Below, piece by piece: positions 9,991-19,755 of a DNA stretch of 64,000 nt. Numbering within the stretch: the stretch's first letter is position 1; every line of letters starts with the position of its first letter. The position numbers were made by a program, and so were the translations under genes. The stretch comes from an uncultured Pseudomonadota bacterium (GTDB taxonomy: Bacteria; Vulcanimicrobiota; Vulcanimicrobiia; Eremiobacterales; Eremiobacteraceae): contig CAVTNB010000001.1 in NCBI GenBank assembly GCA_963736005.1, positions 1,024,001-1,088,000 on the forward strand, in the 5' to 3' direction. Below the pieces are notes generated by a model that was not told where the DNA came from, did no database searches, and saw only the letters and a program-made list of their open reading frames with translations.

Positions 9991-10608
9991 TCACAGGTGC
10001 GCGAGCTGTTGCAGGCCATCGATGACGAGCTGCACGGAAATCGCTGCCACAATAATGCCCGTGAGGCGTCCCACCGCGTCGACGCCCGTAGGGCCAAGCC
10101 GCTTGGTGAGCCACTGCGATGCGCGCATGGTTACGTACGTAAGAGCAAATACGGCAAGGACGATTGCGAGGAGTACGAGGATCCGCATCGGCTCATCGTG
10201 CGTCTTAGCCCAGGTCGTGACTATTGCGGTCAAGGCTCCAGGACCGCTGATAACAGGTATCGCGAGAGGAAAGACCGATGGGTCTTCGCGAGCTGCGTGC
10301 TTTTGCGCCGACGCATCTTGCGTGTCTGTGTCTTTTGCGAACACCATGTTGAATCCGACTTTGAGCAAGAGCAGGCCGCCTGCGATCTGGAACGCCGGAA
10401 TACCAACTCCGAGCGCTCGCAACACTGCCTCTCCCGCGAAACCGAAAACGATGAGGATGATAGCGGCAACGATCGTCGCGCGTAGCGCGATGGATGCCCT
10501 CGTCGCTTCCGCATCGCTCGCCGTCAGGGTATCGAAGGCTGCAGCGGCTTCCACGGGATTGACCATAACGAGTAGCGTCACGAAACTATAGAACGCGAAA
10601 CCCAGCAT
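9991..10608 (-). CDS. marC: MarC-family membrane protein
   Basis: LLVMVNP, FQIAGGLLL, VFPLAIPVISGPGA, RLTGIIVAAISVQ. Confidence 0.9.
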   Translation of the reverse strand: MLGFAFYSFVTLLVMVNPVEAAAAFDTLTASDAEATRASIALRATIVAAIILIVFGFAGEAVLRALGVGIPAFQIAGGLLLLKVGFNMVFAKDTDTQDASAQKHAAREDPSVFPLAIPVISGPGALTAIVTTWAKTHDEPMRILVLLAIVLAVFALTYVTMRASQWLTKRLGPTGVDAVGRLTGIIVAAISVQLVIDGLQQLAHL

Positions 10609-10703
10609 GGAATTTGGCGTTGGACGAGCACGCCGACAGGTCCGCTGCCGCAGGCTCTAAAAGGTCCATCCCCCCTAGCCCTGCCTCTGTCTGGAGGTCC
10701 GTC

Positions 10704-11585
10704 GTGTTCCCAGCAGCATTCGAGTATCGCCGGGCGCAATCGGTTGAAGAAGCGCTCGCCGCGCTCGCACAATATGGTTCGGATGCCCGCATACTGGCCG
10801 GCGGGCAGAGTCTTATTCCTGCCATGCGCTACCGGCTTGCGCGGCCCGCGCTGCTCGTTGACATCAATCCGATTGTGGCTCTCTCGTACCTAAAGAACGA
10901 CGGCGACAACGCGCTCATTGCCGGCGCCATTGCCCGCGATGCCGAACTTGAAGTCTCGCCGATCGTACAAAAACTTCCACTGCTCGCAGATGTGTCCATC
11001 GTGGTTGCCGATCCCGTCGTTCGCCAGAGCGGCACCGTTGTCGGCAGCCTCTGCCACAACGATCCTGCCGGGGACTGGCCTGTGGCAGCGATCGCGGGGC
11101 GTGCAAGCATCCTCATTCGCGGACCGAAGGGCCAGCGCGTTGTGTCGAGTGACGATTTTCTTGTTGATTCGTACACGACTGCAGTTGGCGAGGGAGAGAT
11201 GGCCGTTGAAGTTCGCTTCCCAAAGCCTCCCGCGCGCACATCAGCCTCATATCAAAAGATCGAGCGCAAGGTGGGCGACTTCGCGACAGCGTGCGCCGGC
11301 GTGCGAATCTCGCTTGCACCCGACGGTACGATAGCCGACGCAAGCGTCGCTATTGGCGCGGTTGGTCCCAAAGCGATGCGTGTTACGGACGCCGAGAAGC
11401 TGCTCCAGGGAGCGAAGCCGTCCAAGGAGCTCATACGCGCGGCGGCTGACGCGGCGCGAAAGCTCGCCGATCCGACGCCTGACAATCGTGGTTCGAAAGA
11501 ATTCAAGAAAGATATGGCAGGCGTGCTTGTGGGGCGCGCGCTCGCGACGACGTTCGAGCGTCTTGGCTTGGGGGGTCTGACATGA
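10704..11585 (+). CDS. coxM: aerobic CO dehydrogenase medium (FAD) subunit
   Basis: [55 protein letters not shown] before GTG 10704. Confidence 0.9.
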   Translation: MFPAAFEYRRAQSVEEALAALAQYGSDARILAGGQSLIPAMRYRLARPALLVDINPIVALSYLKNDGDNALIAGAIARDAELEVSPIVQKLPLLADVSIVVADPVVRQSGTVVGSLCHNDPAGDWPVAAIAGRASILIRGPKGQRVVSSDDFLVDSYTTAVGEGEMAVEVRFPKPPARTSASYQKIERKVGDFATACAGVRISLAPDGTIADASVAIGAVGPKAMRVTDAEKLLQGAKPSKELIRAAADAARKLADPTPDNRGSKEFKKDMAGVLVGRALATTFERLGLGGLT

Positions 11586-12070
11586 AAATCACACTAACGG
11601 TCAACGGCAGGACGTACGAACGAGATGTTGAGCCACGGACGCTCCTTGTGTACTTCCTGCGCGAACATCTTGGCTTGACCGGCACGCATGTCGGATGCGA
11701 TTCGTCGAGTTGCGGTGTTTGTACGGTTGTGCTCGACGGTACCCGCGCGGTGAAGTCATGCACGATGTTTGCGGTGCAGGCAGACGGCCATGAGGTCACG
11801 ACGATCGAGGGGCTCGCGCAAGGGGGCAAGCTCCATCCCCTCCAGCAGGGTTTCTGGGATCAGCATGGATTGCAATGCGGTTATTGCACCCCGGGCATGA
11901 TGATGACGGCGTACGCGCTGCTCAAACGCAATCCGGCGCCGACCGAGCCGCAAATCCGAGAGGCAATCTCGGGCAATCTGTGCCGGTGCACGGGTTATCA
12001 GAATATTGTCAAGGCGATCGATCAGGCTGCGAAAGAGGCGGCGAAGCCAAAGGAAGCGGTCAAGGCCTAA
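11582..12070 (+). CDS. coxS: aerobic CO dehydrogenase small (2x[2Fe-2S]) subunit
   Basis: [30 protein letters not shown]; 4-nt overlap with coxM. Confidence 0.93.
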   Translation: MKITLTVNGRTYERDVEPRTLLVYFLREHLGLTGTHVGCDSSSCGVCTVVLDGTRAVKSCTMFAVQADGHEVTTIEGLAQGGKLHPLQQGFWDQHGLQCGYCTPGMMMTAYALLKRNPAPTEPQIREAISGNLCRCTGYQNIVKAIDQAAKEAAKPKEAVKA

Positions 12071-12082
12071 AGAGGGAGTTTC

Positions 12083-14452
12083 ATGAGCACAACAACCGAC
12101 GGTAGCCCGCAGCGACACTCGATGGGCGTGTCGATGAAGCGCAAAGAAGATTCGCGATTCATCGAGGGCCAGGGCCGCTATGTGGACGACATCAGCATGC
12201 CCAACATGCTTCACCTTGCGCTCGTGCACAGCCCCTACCCCCACGCGCTCATCAAGAACATCGACTCAAGTGCGGCCCTCAAAGTGCCGGGCGTCAAGGC
12301 TGTGCTCACCGGCAAAGATCTCGAGGGTGCGAAGCTCGCATGGATCCCGACCTTCCACGGATATGACAAGCAAATGGTTCTTGCCGTGGGTAAGGTTTTG
12401 TATCAATATCAGGAAGTTGCGGGCGTGGTTGCGGAAACGCGCGAGGCCGCGCACGACGGCGCGGAACTCGTCGACGTGGACTACGAACCGCTCGAACCTG
12501 TGGCTGACCCGTTTACCGCCAAGGCTGACAAAACGATCTTGCGCAACGATCGCGAAAATAAAACCAATCACATCTATCACTGGGAAGTCGGTGATAGATC
12601 CAAGACAGATGCTGCTCTCGCGAAATCCGAGGTGACCATCAAGGAGCGGCTGTGGTTCCAACGCTGCCATCCCGCTCCGTTGGAACCATGCGGCATCATC
12701 GCCGACATGAACAAAGCCACCGGCCGGCTGACGATCTACTTAACGTCGCAGGCGCCGCACGCGCACCGCACGGTCGTGTCGCTCGTCACGGGCATCCCCG
12801 AAGACAAGATTCACATCATCTCGCCTGACATAGGCGGAGGCTTTGGGAACAAGGTGCCGGTGTATCCCGGATACGTGGTAGCCACCGTCGCGTCGGTCGT
12901 CCTCGGCGTGCCGGTGAAGTGGATAGAGACGCGAACGGAAAACCTCACGACCACCGGGTTTGCTCGCGATTACCACATGGACGTCGAGATCGGCGCGAGC
13001 AAGGACGGCAAGCTCGACGCTCTGCGGATTGCGACGACAGCAGACCACGGCGCGTTCGACGCGGCGGCGGATCCCACCAAGTACCCAGCGGGCATGTTCG
13101 GCATCTGCACCGGTTCCTATCATTTCCCAAATGCATTCACCGAGCTCGATGCCTACTTCACGAACAAGGCACCCGGCGGCATCGCATATCGCTGCTCGTT
13201 TCGCGTGACTGAGGCGTCGTACGCCATCGAGCGCTCGATGGACATTCTCGCGAACAAACTCAAGATGGACCCGGCGCAACTGCGTTTGAAGAACTTCATT
13301 CCCAAGGATCAATTCCCATATCAGTCACCGCTTGGGTTCGTGTACGACAGCGGCGACTATCAAGGGACGTTGGATAAAGCGCTCAAGAAGATCGGCTACG
13401 AAGACCTGCGCAAGGAGCAAGCGGAAAAGCGAAAGCGCGGCGAGCTCATGGGCATTGGCATTTCGACCTTCACTGAAGTCGTTGGTGCCGGGCCGAGCAA
13501 GCATTTTGACATCATGGGCATCAAGATGTTCGACAGTGCGGAGATTCGCATCCACCCAACCGGCTCGGGCATCGTTCGCGCGGGCACGAAAAGCCAGGGT
13601 CAAGGTCACGAGACGACGTGGGCGCAGATCGTGGCCGAAGAGCTTGGTCTGGATCCACAAAACCTCATGGTCGAGGAGGGCGATACGGACACCGCGCCCT
13701 ATGGCTTGGGCACGTACGCCAGCCGGAGCACACCGGTCGCCGGCGCGGCCATCGCCATGGCCTCGCGCAAGATTCGCGAGAAGGCCAAAAAGATCGCAGC
13801 CCATATGCTCGAGGTCTCCGAAAACGACATTGATTGGAAAAACTATAAATTCGAGGTCAAGGGTGCACCAGACAAGGCTGTCACGATGCAGCAAGTGGCC
13901 TTCGCCGCATATACCAATCCCGTGCCGGGCAGCGAGCCGGGCCTCGAGGCAACCTATTACTACGATCCTCCGAACCTGACATTTCCCTATGGCGCATACA
14001 TTGCCGTGGTAGACATCGACAAAGAGACGGGCTACGTGAAGGTAAGGCGTTTTCTCGCCATCGACGACTGTGGCACGATCATTAACCCAATGATTGTTGA
14101 AGGGCAGATCCACGGCGGCCTCACCGAAGGCTTTGCCATGGCCTTCATCCAGGAGATCCAATACGACAAAGATGGCAATCACCTCAATCCTAACTTTACC
14201 GAGTACCTAGTACCAACTGCGGTTGAGACGCCACACTGGGAGACAGACAAGACCGTGACGCCGAGTCCGCATCATCCGATTGGCGCCAAGGGGGTGGGCG
14301 AGAGTCCAAACGTTGGATCACCGGCGGCATTCGTCAATGCTGTGATGGATGCGCTTGCGCCGCTCGGTGTCACCCACATCGATATGCCCTTGACTCGCGA
14401 AAAAGTCTGGCGGGCGATCCGTGATTTTGAGTCGCGAACGGCGAAGGTTTAG
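12083..14452 (+). CDS. coxL: aerobic CO dehydrogenase large subunit, form I (Mo-Cu)
   Basis: Active-site motif AYRCSFR (AYxCSFR marks form I); GGGFGNK, QGQGHET, HHPIGAKGVGES. Confidence 0.95.
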   Translation: MSTTTDGSPQRHSMGVSMKRKEDSRFIEGQGRYVDDISMPNMLHLALVHSPYPHALIKNIDSSAALKVPGVKAVLTGKDLEGAKLAWIPTFHGYDKQMVLAVGKVLYQYQEVAGVVAETREAAHDGAELVDVDYEPLEPVADPFTAKADKTILRNDRENKTNHIYHWEVGDRSKTDAALAKSEVTIKERLWFQRCHPAPLEPCGIIADMNKATGRLTIYLTSQAPHAHRTVVSLVTGIPEDKIHIISPDIGGGFGNKVPVYPGYVVATVASVVLGVPVKWIETRTENLTTTGFARDYHMDVEIGASKDGKLDALRIATTADHGAFDAAADPTKYPAGMFGICTGSYHFPNAFTELDAYFTNKAPGGIAYRCSFRVTEASYAIERSMDILANKLKMDPAQLRLKNFIPKDQFPYQSPLGFVYDSGDYQGTLDKALKKIGYEDLRKEQAEKRKRGELMGIGISTFTEVVGAGPSKHFDIMGIKMFDSAEIRIHPTGSGIVRAGTKSQGQGHETTWAQIVAEELGLDPQNLMVEEGDTDTAPYGLGTYASRSTPVAGAAIAMASRKIREKAKKIAAHMLEVSENDIDWKNYKFEVKGAPDKAVTMQQVAFAAYTNPVPGSEPGLEATYYYDPPNLTFPYGAYIAVVDIDKETGYVKVRRFLAIDDCGTIINPMIVEGQIHGGLTEGFAMAFIQEIQYDKDGNHLNPNFTEYLVPTAVETPHWETDKTVTPSPHHPIGAKGVGESPNVGSPAAFVNAVMDALAPLGVTHIDMPLTREKVWRAIRDFESRTAKV

Positions 14453-14468
14453 GGCGAGGCACCGAGGC

Positions 14469-14918
14469 GTGGATCTTCAGTACAAGGGGCAAGAGCAAAT
14501 CCCAGTTAGCAAAGACAAAGTGTGGGCATTCATCAACGATCCGAGTAAGGTTGCCTCATGCCTGCCCGACCTGATCGACGCGCAAGTTCACGACGAGCAC
14601 AATGTGGACGCCACCGTGAAGGTGTCGGTCGGTCCGGTAAGTGGGAAATTCAAATTCAAAATCTCGCTGCTGCCGCGGACTGACGGCAATCACATGGATC
14701 TAAAGATCAGCGGCGGCGGGTTTGGGAGCGTCGTGGACTTGATCGCCGGCGCCGATTTGACAGATAACGGCACGAGCACGACGCTGGATTGGAGCGGCAG
14801 CGCCTCAATGCGCGGTCCGGTGGCAACGGTCGGTGGCCGCGTGCTGGACGCGCAGGCACAGCGCGTCATCAGCACGACTTTTGCCAACGTGAAGGCCAAA
14901 TTGACCGCGGCGGCCTAA
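14469..14918 (+). CDS. coxG: CoxG (SRPBCC/START-like) accessory protein
   Basis: VWAFINDPSKVASCLP, VSVGPVSG, GPVATVGGRVLD; directly after coxL. Confidence 0.85.
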   Translation: MDLQYKGQEQIPVSKDKVWAFINDPSKVASCLPDLIDAQVHDEHNVDATVKVSVGPVSGKFKFKISLLPRTDGNHMDLKISGGGFGSVVDLIAGADLTDNGTSTTLDWSGSASMRGPVATVGGRVLDAQAQRVISTTFANVKAKLTAAA

Positions 14919-14937
14919 CGGTTGCGCTGGAGCACGG

Positions 14938-15927
14938 ATGCAGTTCTTCGAACAAGTAGCCCAACTCGAGAGGGCACGAGCGACCTTCGCAGTGGCGATT
15001 GTCGTTTCGCGGCGCTCGCCGGTCAGTTCCCATCTCGGCGATCGCGCCATCGTGTATGCCGACGGGCGCATGGAAGGGTTTGTCGGCGGTTCGTGCTCGC
15101 GCGATCTGGTCCGGCGCCATGCGTTACTTGCGCTGCGGACCGGCAAGCCACGCTTGTTGCAAATACGCCCGGACGATGCAGGCGCTCGTGAAACGACGGC
15201 GGCCGATGCCGAGCGCATCGTCGTTCCGATGGGGTGCGCGTCAAACGGGGCGGCCGACGTCTATATCGAACCCCATCTGCCGATGCGTGTGCTCGTCGTG
15301 GTAGGATTTACCCCGGTCGCCCAGGGGCTAGCGCGCTTGGCGGCTGCAACGCAAGATTTTGATGTCGTGCGCGTCGTGAATAATGAAGAGCTGCGTGACG
15401 TCGAACCGGTATCCGGCGTTCGCACGGTTGCGCTTGAGGCGCTTCCCACGTTTCTCGACGAGATGGATCCCGCGGCTCGCGCTCGCCTTGCAGCCATCGT
15501 GGCGTCGCAAGGGCATTATGACGAAATTGCGCTGGAGGCGTTGCTACCATCGCATAGTGGGGCATTCGTCGGACTGCTTGCCAGCCGCAAGCGGGCCGCA
15601 GACGTGCTGGGCATTCTCGCGCAGGCGGGCGTCGCCGCGGATCGACTAGCCCGCGTTCGCAATCCTGTCGGTCTCGACATCGGGGCGCGCAGCGCGTCCG
15701 AGGTCGCTGTGTCCATCCTTGCCGAACTCATTGCGAATGCGCCCGCCATCGCTGACGAGATTCCGGAGCTTGCGACGGATCCCGTGTGCGGCATGGACGT
15801 CGAGGTTGCGACCGCTCGCTGTCGGACCGAGCACGAAGGCCAAGCCTTCTTCTTTTGCGGCGCGGGTTGCCAAGCGACGTTCAATCGGGAGCCCGAACGA
15901 CACGCGAACGCGGCACGGAACTTGTGA
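14938..15927 (+). CDS. XdhC/CoxF-type Moco maturation protein with C-terminal YHS/TRASH domain
   Basis: GFVGGSC, MGCASNG, ASQGHYD, VGLLASRKR, NPVGLDIGA..EVAVSILAE; C-terminal DPVCGM...FFFCGAGC. Confidence 0.85.
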   Translation: MQFFEQVAQLERARATFAVAIVVSRRSPVSSHLGDRAIVYADGRMEGFVGGSCSRDLVRRHALLALRTGKPRLLQIRPDDAGARETTAADAERIVVPMGCASNGAADVYIEPHLPMRVLVVVGFTPVAQGLARLAAATQDFDVVRVVNNEELRDVEPVSGVRTVALEALPTFLDEMDPAARARLAAIVASQGHYDEIALEALLPSHSGAFVGLLASRKRAADVLGILAQAGVAADRLARVRNPVGLDIGARSASEVAVSILAELIANAPAIADEIPELATDPVCGMDVEVATARCRTEHEGQAFFFCGAGCQATFNREPERHANAARNL

Positions 15928-16859
15928 TCGCCGACCGCATTCGCGAGCGGTTCGCGCGCCACGGATACATTGTCAACTCGGAGCTTGCCACCGCGCTCGA
16001 ACTCGCGCTCGCACTCGAGAAACCGTTGCTCGTGGAAGGGCCTGCTGGTGTCGGCAAGACCGACAGCGCCAAGGTGCTAGCCGAAGTTTTGGAAACGCGT
16101 CTTATCCGTCTGCAATGCTACGAGGGGCTCGATGCGGCAACCTCGCTCTATGAATGGAACTATCCGAAGCAACTCTTGCGAATCCGGCTCACCGAGAATG
16201 ACGAAGCATCGGTAGAAGCACGAGAAGCGCAAATTTTCAGCGAGTCGTTTCTCTTGCGTCGACCGTTGTTAGAAGCTATTACGCAGGATCGAGCACCTGT
16301 GTTGCTCATCGACGAAGTAGATCGCGCCGACGAGGCATTCGAGGCATTCTTGCTCGAGGTGCTGGGCGAGTTTCAGGTGACGATTCCTGAGGTGGGAACC
16401 ATTCGCGCGCGAGAGCGCCCGGCTGTCGTCTTAACGTCGAACCGCTCGCGTGAGCTCTCCGATGCTTTGCGGCGGCGCTGTTTGTATTTGTGGCTCAACT
16501 ATCCGAGCCGCGCTGAGGAAGTGACGATACTGCGGGCTCGGCTGCCTGGAATCGGCGAGCGTTTGGCCGAGCAAATCGCCCGCTTTATGGAATTCTTGCG
16601 CGAGCAACCCTTTCAAAAAGTGCCCGGCATTGCCGAGAGTTTGGATTGGGCGCGGGCATTGATGCAGCTCCATCGCGAAGCGCTCGACGAAGCAACAATC
16701 CAGCAGACCCTCGGCTGCTTTTTGAAGCTGCAGGAAGATTGGGAGCTGCTCCGTGCGGAGCGCGAGCAATACGGCGCAGCACTCGGGCTAGACAGCGCGA
16801 AGACTGCGGTAGCTGAGAGTGACTATGGTGTTGGGACCGTCCGAGCGCGACGCGGGTAA
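15924..16859 (+). CDS. coxD: MoxR-family AAA+ ATPase CoxD
   Basis: EGPAGVGKT, RLQCYEGLD, LYEWNYPKQLL, LLIDEVDRAD, LSDALRRRC; GTG overlaps the upstream TGA. Confidence 0.9.
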   Translation: MIADRIRERFARHGYIVNSELATALELALALEKPLLVEGPAGVGKTDSAKVLAEVLETRLIRLQCYEGLDAATSLYEWNYPKQLLRIRLTENDEASVEAREAQIFSESFLLRRPLLEAITQDRAPVLLIDEVDRADEAFEAFLLEVLGEFQVTIPEVGTIRARERPAVVLTSNRSRELSDALRRRCLYLWLNYPSRAEEVTILRARLPGIGERLAEQIARFMEFLREQPFQKVPGIAESLDWARALMQLHREALDEATIQQTLGCFLKLQEDWELLRAEREQYGAALGLDSAKTAVAESDYGVGTVRARRG

Positions 16860-18006
16860 GCTGCGAGCCGGCGATCTTCTTTCCAATCTCGTTGACTTCG
16901 CTGCTACGCTGCGCAGCGATCTTCACTTTTCTGTAGGCCAGGCGCAAGCGCGCGAGGCGCTGCGGGCAATTGAGATCGTCGGCGTGTCACATCTCGGTCG
17001 GGTGCGCGATGCGATTCGACTCATCTTTTGCGCCAAGCGTTCGGAGAGTGAAGTTTTCGATGAGGCGTTTGACGCATTTTTCTTGCGACCGGAGCATGGA
17101 GTCCGCCAGAAAAAATACTCGCCTCGACATTCGCGGCGCAAAGACGATCGGGCGACTTTCCAGTCGCCCGATACAGAGAATCGAGAAGGCGGGGAGCGAA
17201 AAGACGAACGGCCGATTTCCCAATCGCCTGCGACGCGAGAATGGGAAACATTACTGGCGCGGTATAGTCCGACCGCCGGAGCAACGCTGGCACCCACGGT
17301 GACGGCGACGCACATTCGAGAACTTCTCCCAGCGGCGGATCGATTGGTGGCAGCTGTGCGTCTTGGCAACGTACGTCGTTGGCGGCCTCAAAAGGTTGGG
17401 CCGCGTTTTGACATGCGGCGCACGCTGCGATCGAGTCTCCATACTGGTGGCGACCCCGTGTCGCTTCGGCTGCTTGGTCATCCGCGGCGGAATCCTCGCT
17501 TTATCCTGCTGATTGATGGCAGCCGTTCTATGAACGCTCATGGCGCGCTGATGCTAGAATTTGCTTATGCGCTGTGCCGGCGGTCCCGACGAACCCGCGT
17601 CTTTGTCTTCAGCACGCAATTGCGCGAGGTGACTCGCGAGCTTCGCACCGCCGCTAAGCTCCTTGAGCATCGACTCTCCGACACCGGTGAGTCATGGGGT
17701 GGCGGCACCCGCATTGGTTCCAATCTCGAGCATATTGTTCGTAAGTTCGGAAGTGGACTTGACGACCAGACGGTGGCGATCATCTATAGCGACGGACTTG
17801 ATGTGGGTGACGTGCGGCAGCTCGAGCGTGCCATGCGCGAACTTCAGCGGCGCTGTGCATACGTTGTTTGGGTCAACCCGCTCGCCGGGTCGCCGCAGTA
17901 CCGACCAGAGGCTGTTGGGATGCGAAGGGCGCTTCCATTCGTTGATGCGCTGATTGCTCTCAGAGATGTCGACGGGTTGAAAGAGCTTGCGAGAGTAGTG
18001 GGTTAA
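16825..18006 (+). CDS. coxE: VWA-domain protein CoxE
   Basis: FDMRRTLRSSL, DGSRSM (MIDAS), WGGGTRIG, SDGLDVG, WVNPL. Confidence 0.88.
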   Translation: MVLGPSERDAGKLRAGDLLSNLVDFAATLRSDLHFSVGQAQAREALRAIEIVGVSHLGRVRDAIRLIFCAKRSESEVFDEAFDAFFLRPEHGVRQKKYSPRHSRRKDDRATFQSPDTENREGGERKDERPISQSPATREWETLLARYSPTAGATLAPTVTATHIRELLPAADRLVAAVRLGNVRRWRPQKVGPRFDMRRTLRSSLHTGGDPVSLRLLGHPRRNPRFILLIDGSRSMNAHGALMLEFAYALCRRSRRTRVFVFSTQLREVTRELRTAAKLLEHRLSDTGESWGGGTRIGSNLEHIVRKFGSGLDDQTVAIIYSDGLDVGDVRQLERAMRELQRRCAYVVWVNPLAGSPQYRPEAVGMRRALPFVDALIALRDVDGLKELARVVG

Positions 18007-18356
18007 CGGTCGGGGCGCGCTTGATAACCCTGACCGTAGACATTGCGAATTTCCAGCCCAGCATCATACCGCTTGAGCAGTTTGCGTAAGTGAAACATCT
18101 GCACTTTGAGCAGATTTTGCTCGGTTTGAATCAGCTGGCGGCCGTCGACGTGCATAATGCGGGCGTAAGGCACTGTCTTACAGAAGTCTGCGAGCAGCGC
18201 GGCCAGGAACCGAAAGTGCGTCCGGCTGACGTGCACGTTTCGGCCGGAAACGAAGACTTCGTGCGACTCCGGGTACAGCGTGACGCTGCCTCCCGAAAGG
18301 CACGGGAATTTCGAAGTTGCGGCGTACTCGAGCCAAGTCTCGCTTTTCATCGCCAT
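18003..18356 (-). CDS. stand-alone OmpR/PhoB-type winged-helix DNA-binding protein (no receiver domain)
   Basis: VHVSRTHFRFLAAL...LKVQMFHLRKLL...IRNVYGQGY resembles Trans_reg_C. Confidence 0.7.
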   Translation of the reverse strand: MAMKSETWLEYAATSKFPCLSGGSVTLYPESHEVFVSGRNVHVSRTHFRFLAALLADFCKTVPYARIMHVDGRQLIQTEQNLLKVQMFHLRKLLKRYDAGLEIRNVYGQGYQARPDR

Positions 18357-18374
18357 TTGGGGATACTAGGGTTC

Positions 18375-18391
18375 CCTCGGGTTAGTTTCAG
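18375..18391 (+). promoter_or_regulatory. degenerate TCTCAG-type direct repeat (CCTCGG-N5-TTTCAG) upstream of the first MFP/RND operon
   Basis: Same spacing as the boxes at 28205, 31651, 31723, 32921 and 61358; N10 downstream is only TAGGGC, overlapping a REP. Confidence 0.35.
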
Positions 18392-18404
18392 CCTGCGATA
18401 TTAG

Positions 18405-18430
18405 GGCGGACCTAAGAGGTCCGCCGCTAC
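18405..18430. repeat. REP-like palindrome class C (GGCGGACCTAAGAGGTCCGCCGCTAC)
   Basis: Hairpin plus CTAC tail. Confidence 0.8.
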
Positions 18431-18453
18431 ATTTGCGCCTAAGAGAGGCGGTC

Positions 18454-19719
18454 ATGAAAATCGGTGCTGGTATTGTTTTGGCGGTGTCCGTGGGGACGTT
18501 GCTTTCGGCATGCGGACATCGGGCAGGCGGCCCTCCAGGTGGTGGTTTCGGCGCAATGGGCGGCTTCGCGATGCCGGTTTCAGCCGAACCTGTTAAGTTG
18601 GGCGCCATCGCGACCACGTTCAACGTCACGAGCACGGTAACGCCATTGCAACAAGCGTCGCTCTCTTCTGTCGTTTCTGGCAACGTTCTCTACGTCGCGC
18701 ATCAGATCGGCGAGCCCGTCCACAAAGGCGAACTGTTGGTGAAGATCGACGACAGCACGCTGCGCGCCCAAGCAGCGCAGGCACAGGCACACCTAGCCAA
18801 CCTGCAAGCGACGTATAACGGCGGTACCAAATCGGCGCAAGCGGCGCTCGAATCTGCCAAAGTTGCCTACAACACGGACGAATTGAATTATCAGCGTGAT
18901 GTGTCGCTGTACTCCCAAGGCTTCGTTTCCAAGGCTGATCTGGATGCCGCACGAAGTCAAGCCGCTTCGGCGCAATCCGCGTATCAAGCCGCGCAAGTCG
19001 CAAATCAAAATGCAAGCCTTACCTCTAGCGACAGCGCAGCCTTGGCCGATCTCCGAAACGCCCAGGCAGCGGTGCAACAAATCGACGCGCAGATCGCGCA
19101 GACCAATGTGACCGCACCGTTTGATGGCGTGGTCACCGCGCGCAACGTCGATCCAGGGACCCTTGCGTCGCCGGGCACCGCGCTCGCTCAAGTTTCGCAG
19201 CTGGATCCAGTCTTTGTCGATGCTGGAATTTCCGGCGACGACCTCAAGTACGTCCATGTGGGAACGCCGGTCGACGTGACTGTTGACAGCGTTCCGGGGC
19301 GCGTCTGGCATGCGAGCGTCGCGTATCTCAACTTAGCTGCAGAGCCCGGCACTCTCACCTATCAAACCCGCATCCGGGTGGCCAACCCAGACCTTACGCT
19401 GAGGGGCGGCATGATCGCCACGGTTGCCATCGTGCAATCGCGCAAGAGCAACGTCCTTCTGGCGCCGCGAGCTGCCGTGTATCAGACAGATGCGGGCTAT
19501 GCAATGTTCATTATCCAAAACGGCAAGGCCGCGTCGATTCCTGTTGAGGTTGGTCTTTCGAACGATCAGCAGGCGGAAGTAAGCGGCGCTGGCCTTCGGC
19601 CTGGCGTCATGGCCATTCTCAACCATTCGGTGACGCTGCAGCCCGGGATGCCGGTGCAAGTGCTCCCCGCCGGCGGTCCTCCGCAGGCAAAATCTCCGCA
19701 AACGAAGAGGTCGACGTAA
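18454..19719 (+). CDS. RND efflux periplasmic adaptor (MFP), lipoprotein
   Basis: LSAC lipobox, GEPVHKGELLVKID, coiled coil, APFDGVV..RNVDPG, LRGGM. Confidence 0.92.
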   Translation: MKIGAGIVLAVSVGTLLSACGHRAGGPPGGGFGAMGGFAMPVSAEPVKLGAIATTFNVTSTVTPLQQASLSSVVSGNVLYVAHQIGEPVHKGELLVKIDDSTLRAQAAQAQAHLANLQATYNGGTKSAQAALESAKVAYNTDELNYQRDVSLYSQGFVSKADLDAARSQAASAQSAYQAAQVANQNASLTSSDSAALADLRNAQAAVQQIDAQIAQTNVTAPFDGVVTARNVDPGTLASPGTALAQVSQLDPVFVDAGISGDDLKYVHVGTPVDVTVDSVPGRVWHASVAYLNLAAEPGTLTYQTRIRVANPDLTLRGGMIATVAIVQSRKSNVLLAPRAAVYQTDAGYAMFIIQNGKAASIPVEVGLSNDQQAEVSGAGLRPGVMAILNHSVTLQPGMPVQVLPAGGPPQAKSPQTKRST

Positions 19720-19745
19720 CGGACGGTTTTCCGATCGCCCGCTAC
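19716..19745. repeat. degenerate REP-like palindrome class A (GTAACGGACGGTTTTCCGATCGCCCGCTAC)
   Basis: Variant of GGGCGATTTTCCAATCGCCC with CTAC tail, between the MFP and RND genes. Confidence 0.6.
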
Positions 19746-19755
19746 ATGAAGGGTA

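Noticed and set aside
12083..14452. Form II CoxL or generic xanthine dehydrogenase
   Set aside because: The motif is AYRCSFR, not AYRGAGR, and the gene order is M-S-L
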